64,000 nt of DNA, from positions 78,401-142,400 of the forward strand of contig JBDRHA010000006.1 of NCBI GenBank assembly GCA_043817235.1, written 5' to 3'. Each line of letters starts with the position of its first letter. Position 1 is the stretch's first letter. The notes under the pieces were generated by a model. That model worked only from the letters and a program-made list of their open reading frames with translations, did no database searches and had not been told where the DNA came from. Below are positions 55,866-64,000 of this stretch, piece after piece. Both the position numbers and the translations under genes were made by a program. The DNA comes from Candidatus Shapirobacteria bacterium. Lineage in GTDB: Bacteria; Patescibacteriota; Microgenomatia; UBA12405; BS750m-G30.

Positions 55866-56222
55866 ATGCCCATAGAGGTTAAGAAGGACCCGCGTTATCG
55901 GGTAAAAAAATCTTTCCTTAAAAAAGCCTGCTTACGGATATTAAAAGACCTGAGTGTTCAGCCAGAAGTATCTGTTGGAGTGGCTTTGGTGGGTAAGCGT
56001 AAGGCCCAGAGCTTGAATCAAGAGTATCGGAAGCAAGATTATGTCCCCTTGGTTTTAAGCTTCCCTTATCGGCAAGATATGCCGGATAGTAATTATTTTT
56101 TGGGTGAAGTGCTAATCTGTTTTCCTTTGGCACGAGAAAAGGCAATAAGAGAAAATCAGACCATTGAAAAAGCCTTGGTAGAGTTATTGGATCATGGTTT
56201 GAAAAACTTAATATTAAAATGA
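55866..56222 (+). CDS. ybeY: YbeY-like protein with a degenerate metal-binding motif
   Basis: LNQEYRK.DY...VLSFP, LGEVLIC; ends HGLKNL. Confidence 0.8.
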   Translation: MPIEVKKDPRYRVKKSFLKKACLRILKDLSVQPEVSVGVALVGKRKAQSLNQEYRKQDYVPLVLSFPYRQDMPDSNYFLGEVLICFPLAREKAIRENQTIEKALVELLDHGLKNLILK

Positions 56223-57739
56223 CCGATCTTTTTTGGCAAAAATACCGCCCGGCAAAGATTGCTCAGCTGGATCTAGATTCGGCCCGAAAAAGTTTAAGCC
56301 AAATACTAAGCCGGAAAAACTTACCTCATGCTTTTTTGTTTTCCGGCCCTAAGGGTACAGGGAAAACTTCAGCTGCTCGGGTATTGGCTAAGTCTTTAAA
56401 TTGTTTGAAAAGTAAAAAAGGCGAGCCCTGCGGCCAGTGTGCTATATGCCTGGAAATTAATCGTGGGGAAAGCTTGGATGTTTTAGAGATTGATGCGGCT
56501 TCCAATAGAGGAATAGACGATATTCGGCTTCTTAAAGAAAAAATTAATCTTCAGCCCCTAAGGGCGAAAAATAAAGTATATATTGTAGACGAGGTGCATA
56601 TGTTGACTACCGAAGCCTTTAATGCTGTTTTAAAAACCCTGGAAGAGCCGCCGGAGCATGTTTATTTTGTTTTTTGCACGACTAATCCGGAAAAAATTCC
56701 CCAAACCGTTCTTTCCCGGTTAACAAATATCAGCTTTCAAAGGGCTAGCTTGGAGGAGATTATCAGTTCTTTAAAAAGGGTCATCTCGGGGGAGAAGCTA
56801 AAGGTGGAAAAAGGAGCTTTAGAGCTTATTGCTTCGTCAGCTGACGGCAGCTTTCGTGATGCCCATAAGATTTTGCAGCAGTTATTTTTAGAAAATAAAA
56901 ATAAGGTGAGTTTAAAAGCGGCTCAAAAACTTCTGGCTGGCTGGCAGGAGGCTACTCCTGAATATCTGCTTAAGCTAATTGGCCAAAAGAAAATTAAATC
57001 ATCAATTATTCTTTTTGAAAAGTTAAGTCAAAAAGGCATTGATGTTCAGGATTATGGCAAAAAAATTCTCCAAATTCTTCAAAGCCTGCTTATGCTGAAA
57101 GTGGGAGCAAAAAAAGGGGAAGATTGTTTGCTGTCCTTGGCTGAATTATTTTCCTTGTCTGAAATTGTCCGACTGAGTGAAATTTTTGGCCAGGCAGCTA
57201 TTCGGGCGAAAAATTTGTCTTTGCCTTGGCTTTCTTTTCAGCTGGCAGTGATAGACTTTCTTCCAAGAAAAACTGATAGATTAGGGCCTGATGATCAAAA
57301 AGAGCCGGTAAAAAAAGAAATAAAAAAGACTGAGCCGTTAAAAGATGAGCAAAAGATAAATAAAAAGACCAGCTTGGGGCTAGAAGCTTTTAAAGAAAAT
57401 TGGGCTAAGTTTTTGGAAATGGTCAAGCCCTTAAATCATTCGGTTTGTGCTCTTCTGCGCTCGGCTCGGCCCAAAAAAATAGATGAAAACTATCTTACTT
57501 TGGAAGTTTTTTACCAGTTTCACAAAGACCAACTAGAACAAGAACGCAATCGGCGTATTGTGGAAGAAGCTGTGGCTAAACTTTTCCAAACCTCATTAAA
57601 GCTGAAATGCGAGCTGGGCCAAAGATCGACTGGGTCAAGCTCTTTGCCCGCTTCTCAAGCGCCAAAAATGAATGATGACAGTGGGAATAATAACGGAGAA
57701 GATCTTTATAAAATGGCTAAAGATATTTTTGGCGAATAG
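56219..57739 (+). CDS. dnaX: DNA polymerase III subunit gamma/tau
   Basis: KYRP, GPKGTGKTS, EIDAASNRG, DEVHML, KTLEEPP. Confidence 0.96.
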   Translation: MTDLFWQKYRPAKIAQLDLDSARKSLSQILSRKNLPHAFLFSGPKGTGKTSAARVLAKSLNCLKSKKGEPCGQCAICLEINRGESLDVLEIDAASNRGIDDIRLLKEKINLQPLRAKNKVYIVDEVHMLTTEAFNAVLKTLEEPPEHVYFVFCTTNPEKIPQTVLSRLTNISFQRASLEEIISSLKRVISGEKLKVEKGALELIASSADGSFRDAHKILQQLFLENKNKVSLKAAQKLLAGWQEATPEYLLKLIGQKKIKSSIILFEKLSQKGIDVQDYGKKILQILQSLLMLKVGAKKGEDCLLSLAELFSLSEIVRLSEIFGQAAIRAKNLSLPWLSFQLAVIDFLPRKTDRLGPDDQKEPVKKEIKKTEPLKDEQKINKKTSLGLEAFKENWAKFLEMVKPLNHSVCALLRSARPKKIDENYLTLEVFYQFHKDQLEQERNRRIVEEAVAKLFQTSLKLKCELGQRSTGSSSLPASQAPKMNDDSGNNNGEDLYKMAKDIFGE

Positions 57740-57743
57740 GTTC

Positions 57744-57771
57744 AGTGTCATTGCGGGATCGCAATGACACT
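57744..57771. repeat. Minimal GTCAT...ATGAC hairpin
   Basis: AGTGTCATTGCG-GGAT-CGCAATGACACT. Confidence 0.85.
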
Positions 57772-57824
57772 AATAACGAACTCGTAAAGATAGAAGTTAA
57801 TATTTTGTTAAAGAAGGAGGAAGG

Positions 57825-58094
57825 ATGTTTGATAAAGTTAAACAGGTAGGCAAGATGGCCCAGTTAAGATCATCGGCCAAAAAGATGCAAAAAAAATTAA
57901 GCAAGGAGAAAATTTCTCTAGAAAAGGGAAAAATAAAAGTAGTGGTTCGGGCTAACCAAGAAGTGGAAGAAATTATTATTGACGGCCAAGATCAGCTCCT
58001 GCTGGTTAAGATTTTGAATGAGGCAATAGAAAAATCCCAAAAAGTAGCCGCTAAAAAAATGAGAGGTCTTGCTTCTGAGATGTTTAATATTTAA
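57825..58094 (+). CDS. ybaB: YbaB/EbfC nucleoid-associated protein
   Basis: AKKMQ..L...G.IKVVV..NQEV; lies between dnaX and recR. Confidence 0.88.
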   Translation: MFDKVKQVGKMAQLRSSAKKMQKKLSKEKISLEKGKIKVVVRANQEVEEIIIDGQDQLLLVKILNEAIEKSQKVAAKKMRGLASEMFNI

Positions 58095-58115
58095 GCGGAC
58101 TTTAACAAGAGACAT

Positions 58116-58721
58116 ATGGAAAAATTACCGACGGCTTTAGCCCAGCTTATTAGAATTTTGGAAAAGTTGCCGGGTGTTGGTCCAAAATCAGCCTCCCGTC
58201 TTGCTTTTTATTTATTCCAAACGCCTTCTTATTTTGTGGAGGAATTTATAAAAAGATTAAAAGAATTAAAAGAAAAACTTAAAGTATGCTCGGTTTGCCA
58301 TAATATTGACGAAACAAACCCTTGCCAAATATGCTCTCGGAGCTATCGTGACCAGGGTGTGGTTTGTGTAGTAGAAAGGCCCTTGGACATTCTGGCCATT
58401 GAGGCCACTAAAAGCTATCAGGGTCTTTATCATGTTTTGGGCGGGGTAATTAATCCCTTAATTCACGTTGGCCCGGATGACCTAACAATTGGTTCTTTGG
58501 CTAAAAGAGTAGAAGAAGGACAGGTAAAAGAAGTGGTTTTGGCAACTAATCCGACAATGGAGGGCGAAGCGACAGCCTTGCATATTAAAAAAAGATTAGA
58601 GAAAATAGGAAGAGCGTTAAAAATTACTCGGATTGGCCATGGCTTGCCAATGGGTGCTGATTTAGACTATGCTGACCCTGGCACCCTCAAGGAGGCCTTA
58701 AAGGGCCGCCAGGTTTTTTAA
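58116..58721 (+). CDS. recR: Recombination protein RecR
   Basis: LPGVGPKSA, C4 zinc finger, YHVLGG, EGEATA. Confidence 0.96.
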   Translation: MEKLPTALAQLIRILEKLPGVGPKSASRLAFYLFQTPSYFVEEFIKRLKELKEKLKVCSVCHNIDETNPCQICSRSYRDQGVVCVVERPLDILAIEATKSYQGLYHVLGGVINPLIHVGPDDLTIGSLAKRVEEGQVKEVVLATNPTMEGEATALHIKKRLEKIGRALKITRIGHGLPMGADLDYADPGTLKEALKGRQVF

Positions 58722-58738
58722 AATATTAAGGAGGAACA

Positions 58739-59179
58739 ATGCAAAAAACAATAAAGAATGTTGCCGGCCAGCTGGAAAGTTTAGTGATGGAGAGTACGGC
58801 CAAAGCGGCAACCGAGCCTTTAGGCATTGATAAGCTCGGGGGTAGCGGCACTGGTCCAGCTGCCAAAAAAGCAGATCCTAATCTGGTTCAGATGGTTAAA
58901 AATGATCAGGCCAGAAGCCAAAGTGAAATTAACCAGCTAAGGGGGGAGCTGACTGGCCGCAATGTTGAAAAAGAAATTAAAGAGGTGAGAGAAAAAAAAG
59001 AACAACTTTTGGATGAAAAAGAAAAGCAGTTGTTGGCAGATATGCAAAAAGAAAGAGAAAGGGAGGAAGAGCTAGCTTTGCAGGACATTCCGGAAACTAG
59101 TTCTCGGCCGAAAATGGGGAGTGCTTTGGCAAAGGGTAGCAAAGGAACAAAAGAGGTTGATATGCGCCGCTCCGTATAA
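58739..59179 (+). CDS. Hypothetical coiled-coil protein
   Basis: AAGGAGG SD; charged helical sequence. Confidence 0.65.
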   Translation: MQKTIKNVAGQLESLVMESTAKAATEPLGIDKLGGSGTGPAAKKADPNLVQMVKNDQARSQSEINQLRGELTGRNVEKEIKEVREKKEQLLDEKEKQLLADMQKEREREEELALQDIPETSSRPKMGSALAKGSKGTKEVDMRRSV

Positions 59180-59184
59180 AAGAA

Positions 59185-60603
59185 TTGATGAAAATTAGAC
59201 TATACAATACGTTAAAAAGAAAAAAGGAGGTTTTTGTTCCGCTAAGGGCGGGAAAAGTTGGTATTTACTCTTGCGGACCAACAGTCTACTGGAATCAGCA
59301 TATAGGCCATTTGTATGCCTATATTCACTGGGATGTTTTAATAAGGCTTTTTCGGTATTTAAATTACCAAGTTAAGTGGGTAATGAATATTACCGATGTT
59401 GGCCATTTAACTTCTGATGAGGATGCGGGCGAAGACAAGATGGAAAAAGGGGCTAAAAGAGAGGGCCTAAGCGTTTGGGAAATTGCCGATAAATATTTAA
59501 AGCAGTTTTTGGAAAGTATTGATTTGGTAAATATTAGCAAGCCTGATTATCTTCCTCGGGCGACAAAACATATTAAAGAGCAAATTGAGCTTATTAAGCG
59601 CATGGAAAAGCGAGGATTCGTATATCGGACGAAAATAGGGCTGGCGCTTGATACGCAGAAATTTCCTAAATACGCAGATTTTGCCAAGCTAGACCTAACA
59701 AAACAGAAAGCTGGGGCCAGGAGCGAGATTGACCCCGAAAAAAAGGCTCCCTGGGATCCTTTTTTATGGGTGACGGGGAGAAGTTCGCACATTATGCAAT
59801 GGGATAGTCCTTGGGGAAAGGGTTTTCCTGGCTGGCACATAGAGTGCACGGCCATGTCTACTAAATATTTGGGCGAACATTTCGATATTCATACCGGAGG
59901 GATGGAGCATATTTGTGTTCATCATACTAATGAGATCGCTCAAGGCTTTGCCGCTTTTGGCGGGAAAACGGCTAATTACTGGCTTCATAACGGCTGGCTC
60001 AGATTAAAAAAAGAAAAGATGAGTAAGAGCTTGGGAAATTTTATCTTAATTGACGATGTGGTGAAAAGGGACTTTGATCCTCTTGCTTTTCGCTATTTGG
60101 TTTTGACTTCTCATTATCGCCAAGGATTGATCTTTGACTGGGAAGCGCTAAAAAGCGCCCAAAGTGCCTATAATAAATTGGCTTGGGAAATTAAAGGGGC
60201 CAAAAAGAAAAAAGCTTTAAGTGAAGAGGCGGCGGAATATAAAAATAGATTTCTTTCTTTTTTGGCTAATGACCTTGGGGCGCCTCAAGCATTGGGTTCC
60301 CTTTGGAAGATGCTTAAGGATAATAAGCTTGCCGATCAAGAGAAAAAGTCTTTACTCTTGGACTTTGATCAGATACTTGGCCTAGGCCTTAAAAAGGGAG
60401 CTAAAGAAAAAAGAGCCAGAAAAACACCTAAAGATATTGAAAAATTGGCCCAACAAAGAGCTGAGCTAAGAGAAAGAGGCGATTTTAAAAAGGCTGATGT
60501 TTTAAGGAAAAAGATTAAAAAGAAGGGTTATTTGGTTGAGGATCATTCTAAAGGAGGTTATCGGCTCTTGCCAGTCTTAAGAGTTGACGCAAGATCAGCT
60601 TAA
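59185..60603 (+). CDS. cysS: Cysteinyl-tRNA synthetase
   Basis: CGPTVY..HIGH, GFPGWHIEC, KMSKS. Confidence 0.96.
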   Translation: MMKIRLYNTLKRKKEVFVPLRAGKVGIYSCGPTVYWNQHIGHLYAYIHWDVLIRLFRYLNYQVKWVMNITDVGHLTSDEDAGEDKMEKGAKREGLSVWEIADKYLKQFLESIDLVNISKPDYLPRATKHIKEQIELIKRMEKRGFVYRTKIGLALDTQKFPKYADFAKLDLTKQKAGARSEIDPEKKAPWDPFLWVTGRSSHIMQWDSPWGKGFPGWHIECTAMSTKYLGEHFDIHTGGMEHICVHHTNEIAQGFAAFGGKTANYWLHNGWLRLKKEKMSKSLGNFILIDDVVKRDFDPLAFRYLVLTSHYRQGLIFDWEALKSAQSAYNKLAWEIKGAKKKKALSEEAAEYKNRFLSFLANDLGAPQALGSLWKMLKDNKLADQEKKSLLLDFDQILGLGLKKGAKEKRARKTPKDIEKLAQQRAELRERGDFKKADVLRKKIKKKGYLVEDHSKGGYRLLPVLRVDARSA

Positions 60604-60626
60604 GGCTATAATTGCTCTTGATAATA

Positions 60627-60959
60627 ATGACGACAGAAAAGAGAGGCGAGTATGAGCTTGTTCTTGTTTTTCCTGCGGAATTAACGAAAGCTAAGCTAAC
60701 CTCATTAAAAAAACAAATTAAGGAGGTTGTTAAAGAAGCAGGGGGAGAAATTGGCAAGATTGCTGATTGGGGATTAAAACCTTTAGCTTACCCTCTTAAA
60801 AAGAAATTAGAAGCGAATTTCTTTATTTACCAGATAAATTTTTCTCAAGCGCCTGTTTTGGCTAAGATTAATATTTTTTTGAATCGCAATAGTCAAATAT
60901 TACGTTATTTATGGATTAAGCAAAACTGCTTTAAAACTGAAAGGAGAAAAAATGGCTAA
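60627..60959 (+). CDS. rpsF: 30S ribosomal protein S6
   Basis: YELVL, WG.KPLAYP, ILRYL; rpsF-ssb-rpsR order. Confidence 0.9.
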   Translation: MTTEKRGEYELVLVFPAELTKAKLTSLKKQIKEVVKEAGGEIGKIADWGLKPLAYPLKKKLEANFFIYQINFSQAPVLAKINIFLNRNSQILRYLWIKQNCFKTERRKNG

Positions 60960-61431
60960 CCGCTGTCTTAACAAGGTTATGTTAATAGGTAATTTAACTC
61001 GCGATCCGGAATTGCGTTATACTCCAAGCGGGGTGGCGGTTTGCAGCTTTGGCTTAGCCACTAATCGCAGCTGGACAACTCAGTCCGGAGAGCAAAGGGA
61101 CGATGCCCAGTTTCATCAAATAGTAGCTTGGAATAAATTAGCCGAACTTTGCTCTCAGCTATTGGCCAAAGGGAGGAGAGTATATGTAGAAGGAAGGCTT
61201 CAGCACCGGGAATGGACAGGAAAAGACGGCGGCAAAAGAAAAGATGCTGAGGTAATAATTAGCGATATGATTATTCTTGATTCCCGCCAAGCAGCTGCTG
61301 ATACTTCTTTGGAGGAGGAGCTGGAAAAGGCAGCGGGTTTTGGTGACGAGTCAGGAGAAACTGCTCAAGAAGAGCAAGCTTCGCTAAAACCCAAAAAAGA
61401 AAAACCCAAAGAGGAAGAACAGCCTTTTTAA
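60952..61431 (+). CDS. ssb: Single-stranded DNA-binding protein
   Basis: LNKVMLIGNLTRDPELRYT, VYVEGRL, acidic PF tail. Confidence 0.96.
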   Translation: MANRCLNKVMLIGNLTRDPELRYTPSGVAVCSFGLATNRSWTTQSGEQRDDAQFHQIVAWNKLAELCSQLLAKGRRVYVEGRLQHREWTGKDGGKRKDAEVIISDMIILDSRQAAADTSLEEELEKAAGFGDESGETAQEEQASLKPKKEKPKEEEQPF

Positions 61432-61440
61432 TCACTGAAA

Positions 61441-61680
61441 ATGAAAAAAGTAAAAAGAAAGAAACCAAGGATCTTAAGAAACCTGGCTTGTGATTTTTGC
61501 GAGGGCAGTAAAGAACCCTCCTATAAAGACTATCTTGATCTTAAAAAATATTTAAATATTCGTGGAGGAATTTTAAGCCGGAATAAAACCGGTATTTGCG
61601 CTAAACATCAGCGGCAAACCACGCAGTCGATCAAAAGAGCGCGCCATTTGTCCCTACTGCCTTTTGTTACTTCGGCCTAA
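61441..61680 (+). CDS. rpsR: 30S ribosomal protein S18
   Basis: CDFC, YKD, TGICAKHQR, IKRAR.L.LLPF. Confidence 0.95.
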   Translation: MKKVKRKKPRILRNLACDFCEGSKEPSYKDYLDLKKYLNIRGGILSRNKTGICAKHQRQTTQSIKRARHLSLLPFVTSA

Positions 61681-62463
61681 ATGAAAAAAGAAAAAAAATT
61701 GGTTTCCGTTTGGGTGGTAGAAGTGGGGCTGGAGGCCAAGATAGTGGTAAAAAAGGGTAAAAGGGTCAAAGCTGGAGAAGTGCTAGCTCTGCGCGAAAAA
61801 AACAAGGTAGAAAAAATATTTTTTCCTAATTGGTTGAAAAGGGCAAGCGGGGCTTGGGAAAAAGGTCGGAAAAAATTAGCCGGAGACAAGTTATCTTTAG
61901 GAGAAATTTTATTTGAGTCCAGAAAGTTTACTCGTAAACTCCAGTGGCATTCCCCGCTGGCGGGAGAAATCATAAGAATAGACAAAGACAAGGGTTTTTT
62001 AGAGATATTAGTCGGTAAAGAAAAAGAAGAGCTTGCGGCTCCTTTGTCGGGAACTATTACTAAAGCTTCCGGAGGTGAGATTGCCATTAGTTTCCCGGCT
62101 CAAGAATTTAAGGGCCAAGGGCTGGGAAGCGGAGTGGGCTGGGGGAAATTAACCTATTTGCCCGTAGTCTCCTTGCCTGATCTTAATATAAAGCACCAGG
62201 GACAGGTTCTTTTGGTCGAAGAGATTTCGTCTTCTTTGGTAGAAAAAGGGGCGGCTTTGGGAGTGTCGGCTTTTATTGCTTTTAGTAAAGAATTGGACTT
62301 GGAGGATTCGTCTTTGCCTGTCTTGACTTTAGAAGTCAAAAGCGGTAAAAAGAGTTCTAACTTAAAAATAGAATTATTAGCGGGCCAATTTTGTTTTGTG
62401 GATCCTGCCCATAATCAAGTTTTGGTTTGTTTGCAGAAAAATGAAAAAAAAGCCAATAATTAG
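61681..62463 (+). CDS. Hypothetical protein with barrel-sandwich-hybrid-like repeats
   Basis: VKKGKRVKAGEVLA, SPLAGEI, APLSGTI. Confidence 0.6.
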   Translation: MKKEKKLVSVWVVEVGLEAKIVVKKGKRVKAGEVLALREKNKVEKIFFPNWLKRASGAWEKGRKKLAGDKLSLGEILFESRKFTRKLQWHSPLAGEIIRIDKDKGFLEILVGKEKEELAAPLSGTITKASGGEIAISFPAQEFKGQGLGSGVGWGKLTYLPVVSLPDLNIKHQGQVLLVEEISSSLVEKGAALGVSAFIAFSKELDLEDSSLPVLTLEVKSGKKSSNLKIELLAGQFCFVDPAHNQVLVCLQKNEKKANN

Positions 62464-63676
62464 GTTTAGTCAGATTAAGAATGTAGTTTTAATCATCTTT
62501 TTAGTAGTCTTGAGTGGAGCGATAGGCTTCCGTGTTGGGGTTCAGAGGTCTTTGCCTCTTATCCCTAGAGCTTCCGCCCAGACGGATCTTTCTCTTTTTT
62601 GGGGCGTATGGCAAAAACTTGAAGAAAGATATTTGGATAGCTCCGTTTTGGATTCAGAGCAAATGATTTATGGAGCGATTAAGGGTATGGTTGAATCTCT
62701 TGGTGACCCCTACACCGCTTACTTTTCGCCTCAAGACAATAAAGTTAATAAGGAAGACTTGAATGGGGAATTTGGGGGAGTGGGAATACAACTGGGGTAT
62801 AAAGATAGTGTTTTAGCTGTTGTTTCGCCTTTGGAAAATACGCCCGCTTCTCGGGCTGGAGTTAAGGCTGGTGATTTGATCTTAAAGATTATAGACGAAT
62901 CTAATAATATAGATAAAGACACCGAAGGAATTTCTCTTCCAGAAGCCGTAAAATTAATAAGAGGAAAAGAGGGAAGCTCGGTTGTTTTGACTTTGCTTCG
63001 GGATGAGCAATCTCCTTTTGAGGTGAGCTTGGTAAGAGACCGAATTGTTGTTCCTAGTTTAACCAGCGAGTGGATTGAACAAGGGGGTAAAAAAATTGCC
63101 TATATTCATCTGCTCCAGTTTTCTGAAGTAATGTACGCTCAGTGGGAAGATTGGGTTAATGAAGTTTTGGCTCAAAGCAACTCTTCTGATTTTGAAGGAG
63201 TGATCTTAGATTTACGCAATAACCCCGGAGGTTTTTTGGAAGCTTCGGTATATATTGCCAGCGAGTTTCTTTCTTCTGGGGTGATTGTTGAACAAAAAGG
63301 GGCCGATGAATATAATCAGGTTTATCGAGTTGGCCGGCAAGGTAATCTTTTAGATACGCCCCTGGTAGTTTTGGTTAACCGTGGTTCGGCTTCGGCCTCG
63401 GAAATTTTGGCCGGAGCCTTGAAATATTATAAGCGAGGGAAAGTTATCGGTCAGCAAACTTTTGGCAAGGGAACAGTTCAAGAGCCGGACGAATTTCCGG
63501 ACGGATCGGGTTTACACGTGACTATTGCTCGTTGGCTGCTTCCCAGCGGAGATAACATTCACAAACAAGGCATTGAACCGGATATTAAGGTTGAAGCAGG
63601 AGAAAATTCCAGTGAGGACGAGGATGAAATATTACAAAAGGGAATAGAAGTATTATTAAGTAAAGACAGTCAGTAA
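62441..63676 (+). CDS. ctpA: C-terminal processing peptidase S41
   Basis: GDPYT, GGVGI PDZ, DLRNNPGG, SASASEI, TFGKG. Confidence 0.93.
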   Translation: MKKKPIIRFSQIKNVVLIIFLVVLSGAIGFRVGVQRSLPLIPRASAQTDLSLFWGVWQKLEERYLDSSVLDSEQMIYGAIKGMVESLGDPYTAYFSPQDNKVNKEDLNGEFGGVGIQLGYKDSVLAVVSPLENTPASRAGVKAGDLILKIIDESNNIDKDTEGISLPEAVKLIRGKEGSSVVLTLLRDEQSPFEVSLVRDRIVVPSLTSEWIEQGGKKIAYIHLLQFSEVMYAQWEDWVNEVLAQSNSSDFEGVILDLRNNPGGFLEASVYIASEFLSSGVIVEQKGADEYNQVYRVGRQGNLLDTPLVVLVNRGSASASEILAGALKYYKRGKVIGQQTFGKGTVQEPDEFPDGSGLHVTIARWLLPSGDNIHKQGIEPDIKVEAGENSSEDEDEILQKGIEVLLSKDSQ

Positions 63677-63677
63677 A

Positions 63678-64000
63678 ATGAGAGATAAAATAAGATATTT
63701 AGCCGTTGGCACGGCTTTTGGGTTCTTTTTAATGGGAGCTTTTTTGGGTGGGGCCGTTGCCGACCGCTTGGTGGGAATTAGTTTACTTGACCATCTGCTT
63801 AGTGCTGATTTAAACAGCGGGGCATTAACAGCCAGCCGGACAATTATTGATGAGGAATCGGTGGTTACTCGGGCAGTGGAGCAAGCTGCACCTTCAGTAA
63901 TTACGGTGAGCATTAGCAAAACTACTTTGACAAATCCTGATTTTTCCGATCTTTTCTCTTTTGGTCCTTTTGGGCTTTTTAATATTCAGCCGGAAGAGCA
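63678..64000 (+). CDS. HtrA/DegP-like serine protease (3' partial)
   Basis: TM then EESVVTRAVEQAAPSVITV; catalytic region lies beyond the window. Confidence 0.65.
   Translation, partial: MRDKIRYLAVGTAFGFFLMGAFLGGAVADRLVGISLLDHLLSADLNSGALTASRTIIDEESVVTRAVEQAAPSVITVSISKTTLTNPDFSDLFSFGPFGLFNIQPEE

Noticed and set aside
7774-57771. CRISPR array or integron attC interpretation of the repeats
   Set aside because: No regular repeat-spacer periodicity, no cas or intI genes, and no RYYYAAC/GTTRRRY ends

Overview
AT-rich, gene-dense bacterial chromosome segment that reads like a Patescibacteria/CPR genome, probably Microgenomates-type (inferred from gene content, not proven). The housekeeping backbone includes copA, rrf2-iscS-iscU, rpmB, fmt, def, mreBCD-mrdA, rarA, proS, dprA, topA, murB, miaB, dcd-thyX-tmk, rpsB-tsf-frr-rseP, rpsU-yqeY-ybeY-dnaX-ybaB-recR, cysS, rpsF-ssb-rpsR, ctpA and an htrA-like gene. 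There are four tRNA genes (Thr-GGT, Ser-TGA, Arg-GCG, Thr-TGT). The most unusual items are: (1) a six-gene cohesin/dockerin surface-protein cluster with no recognisable enzymes, carrying a shared N-terminal motif, anchoring subunits and beta-defensin-like Cys repeats; (2) a ~350-nt pseudoknotted RNA candidate with its own promoter after dprA; (3) two tRNA/hairpin/small GIY-YIG modules, plus a dispersed GTCAT...ATGAC palindromic repeat family; (4) a 6S-like RNA; (5) a repeat-bounded cassette of tiny membrane-protein genes; (6) a GC-richer foreign segment with broken genes at its ends; (7) frameshift or deletion lesions in mrdA and tmk. All calls were made by eye from motifs; no database searches were run.
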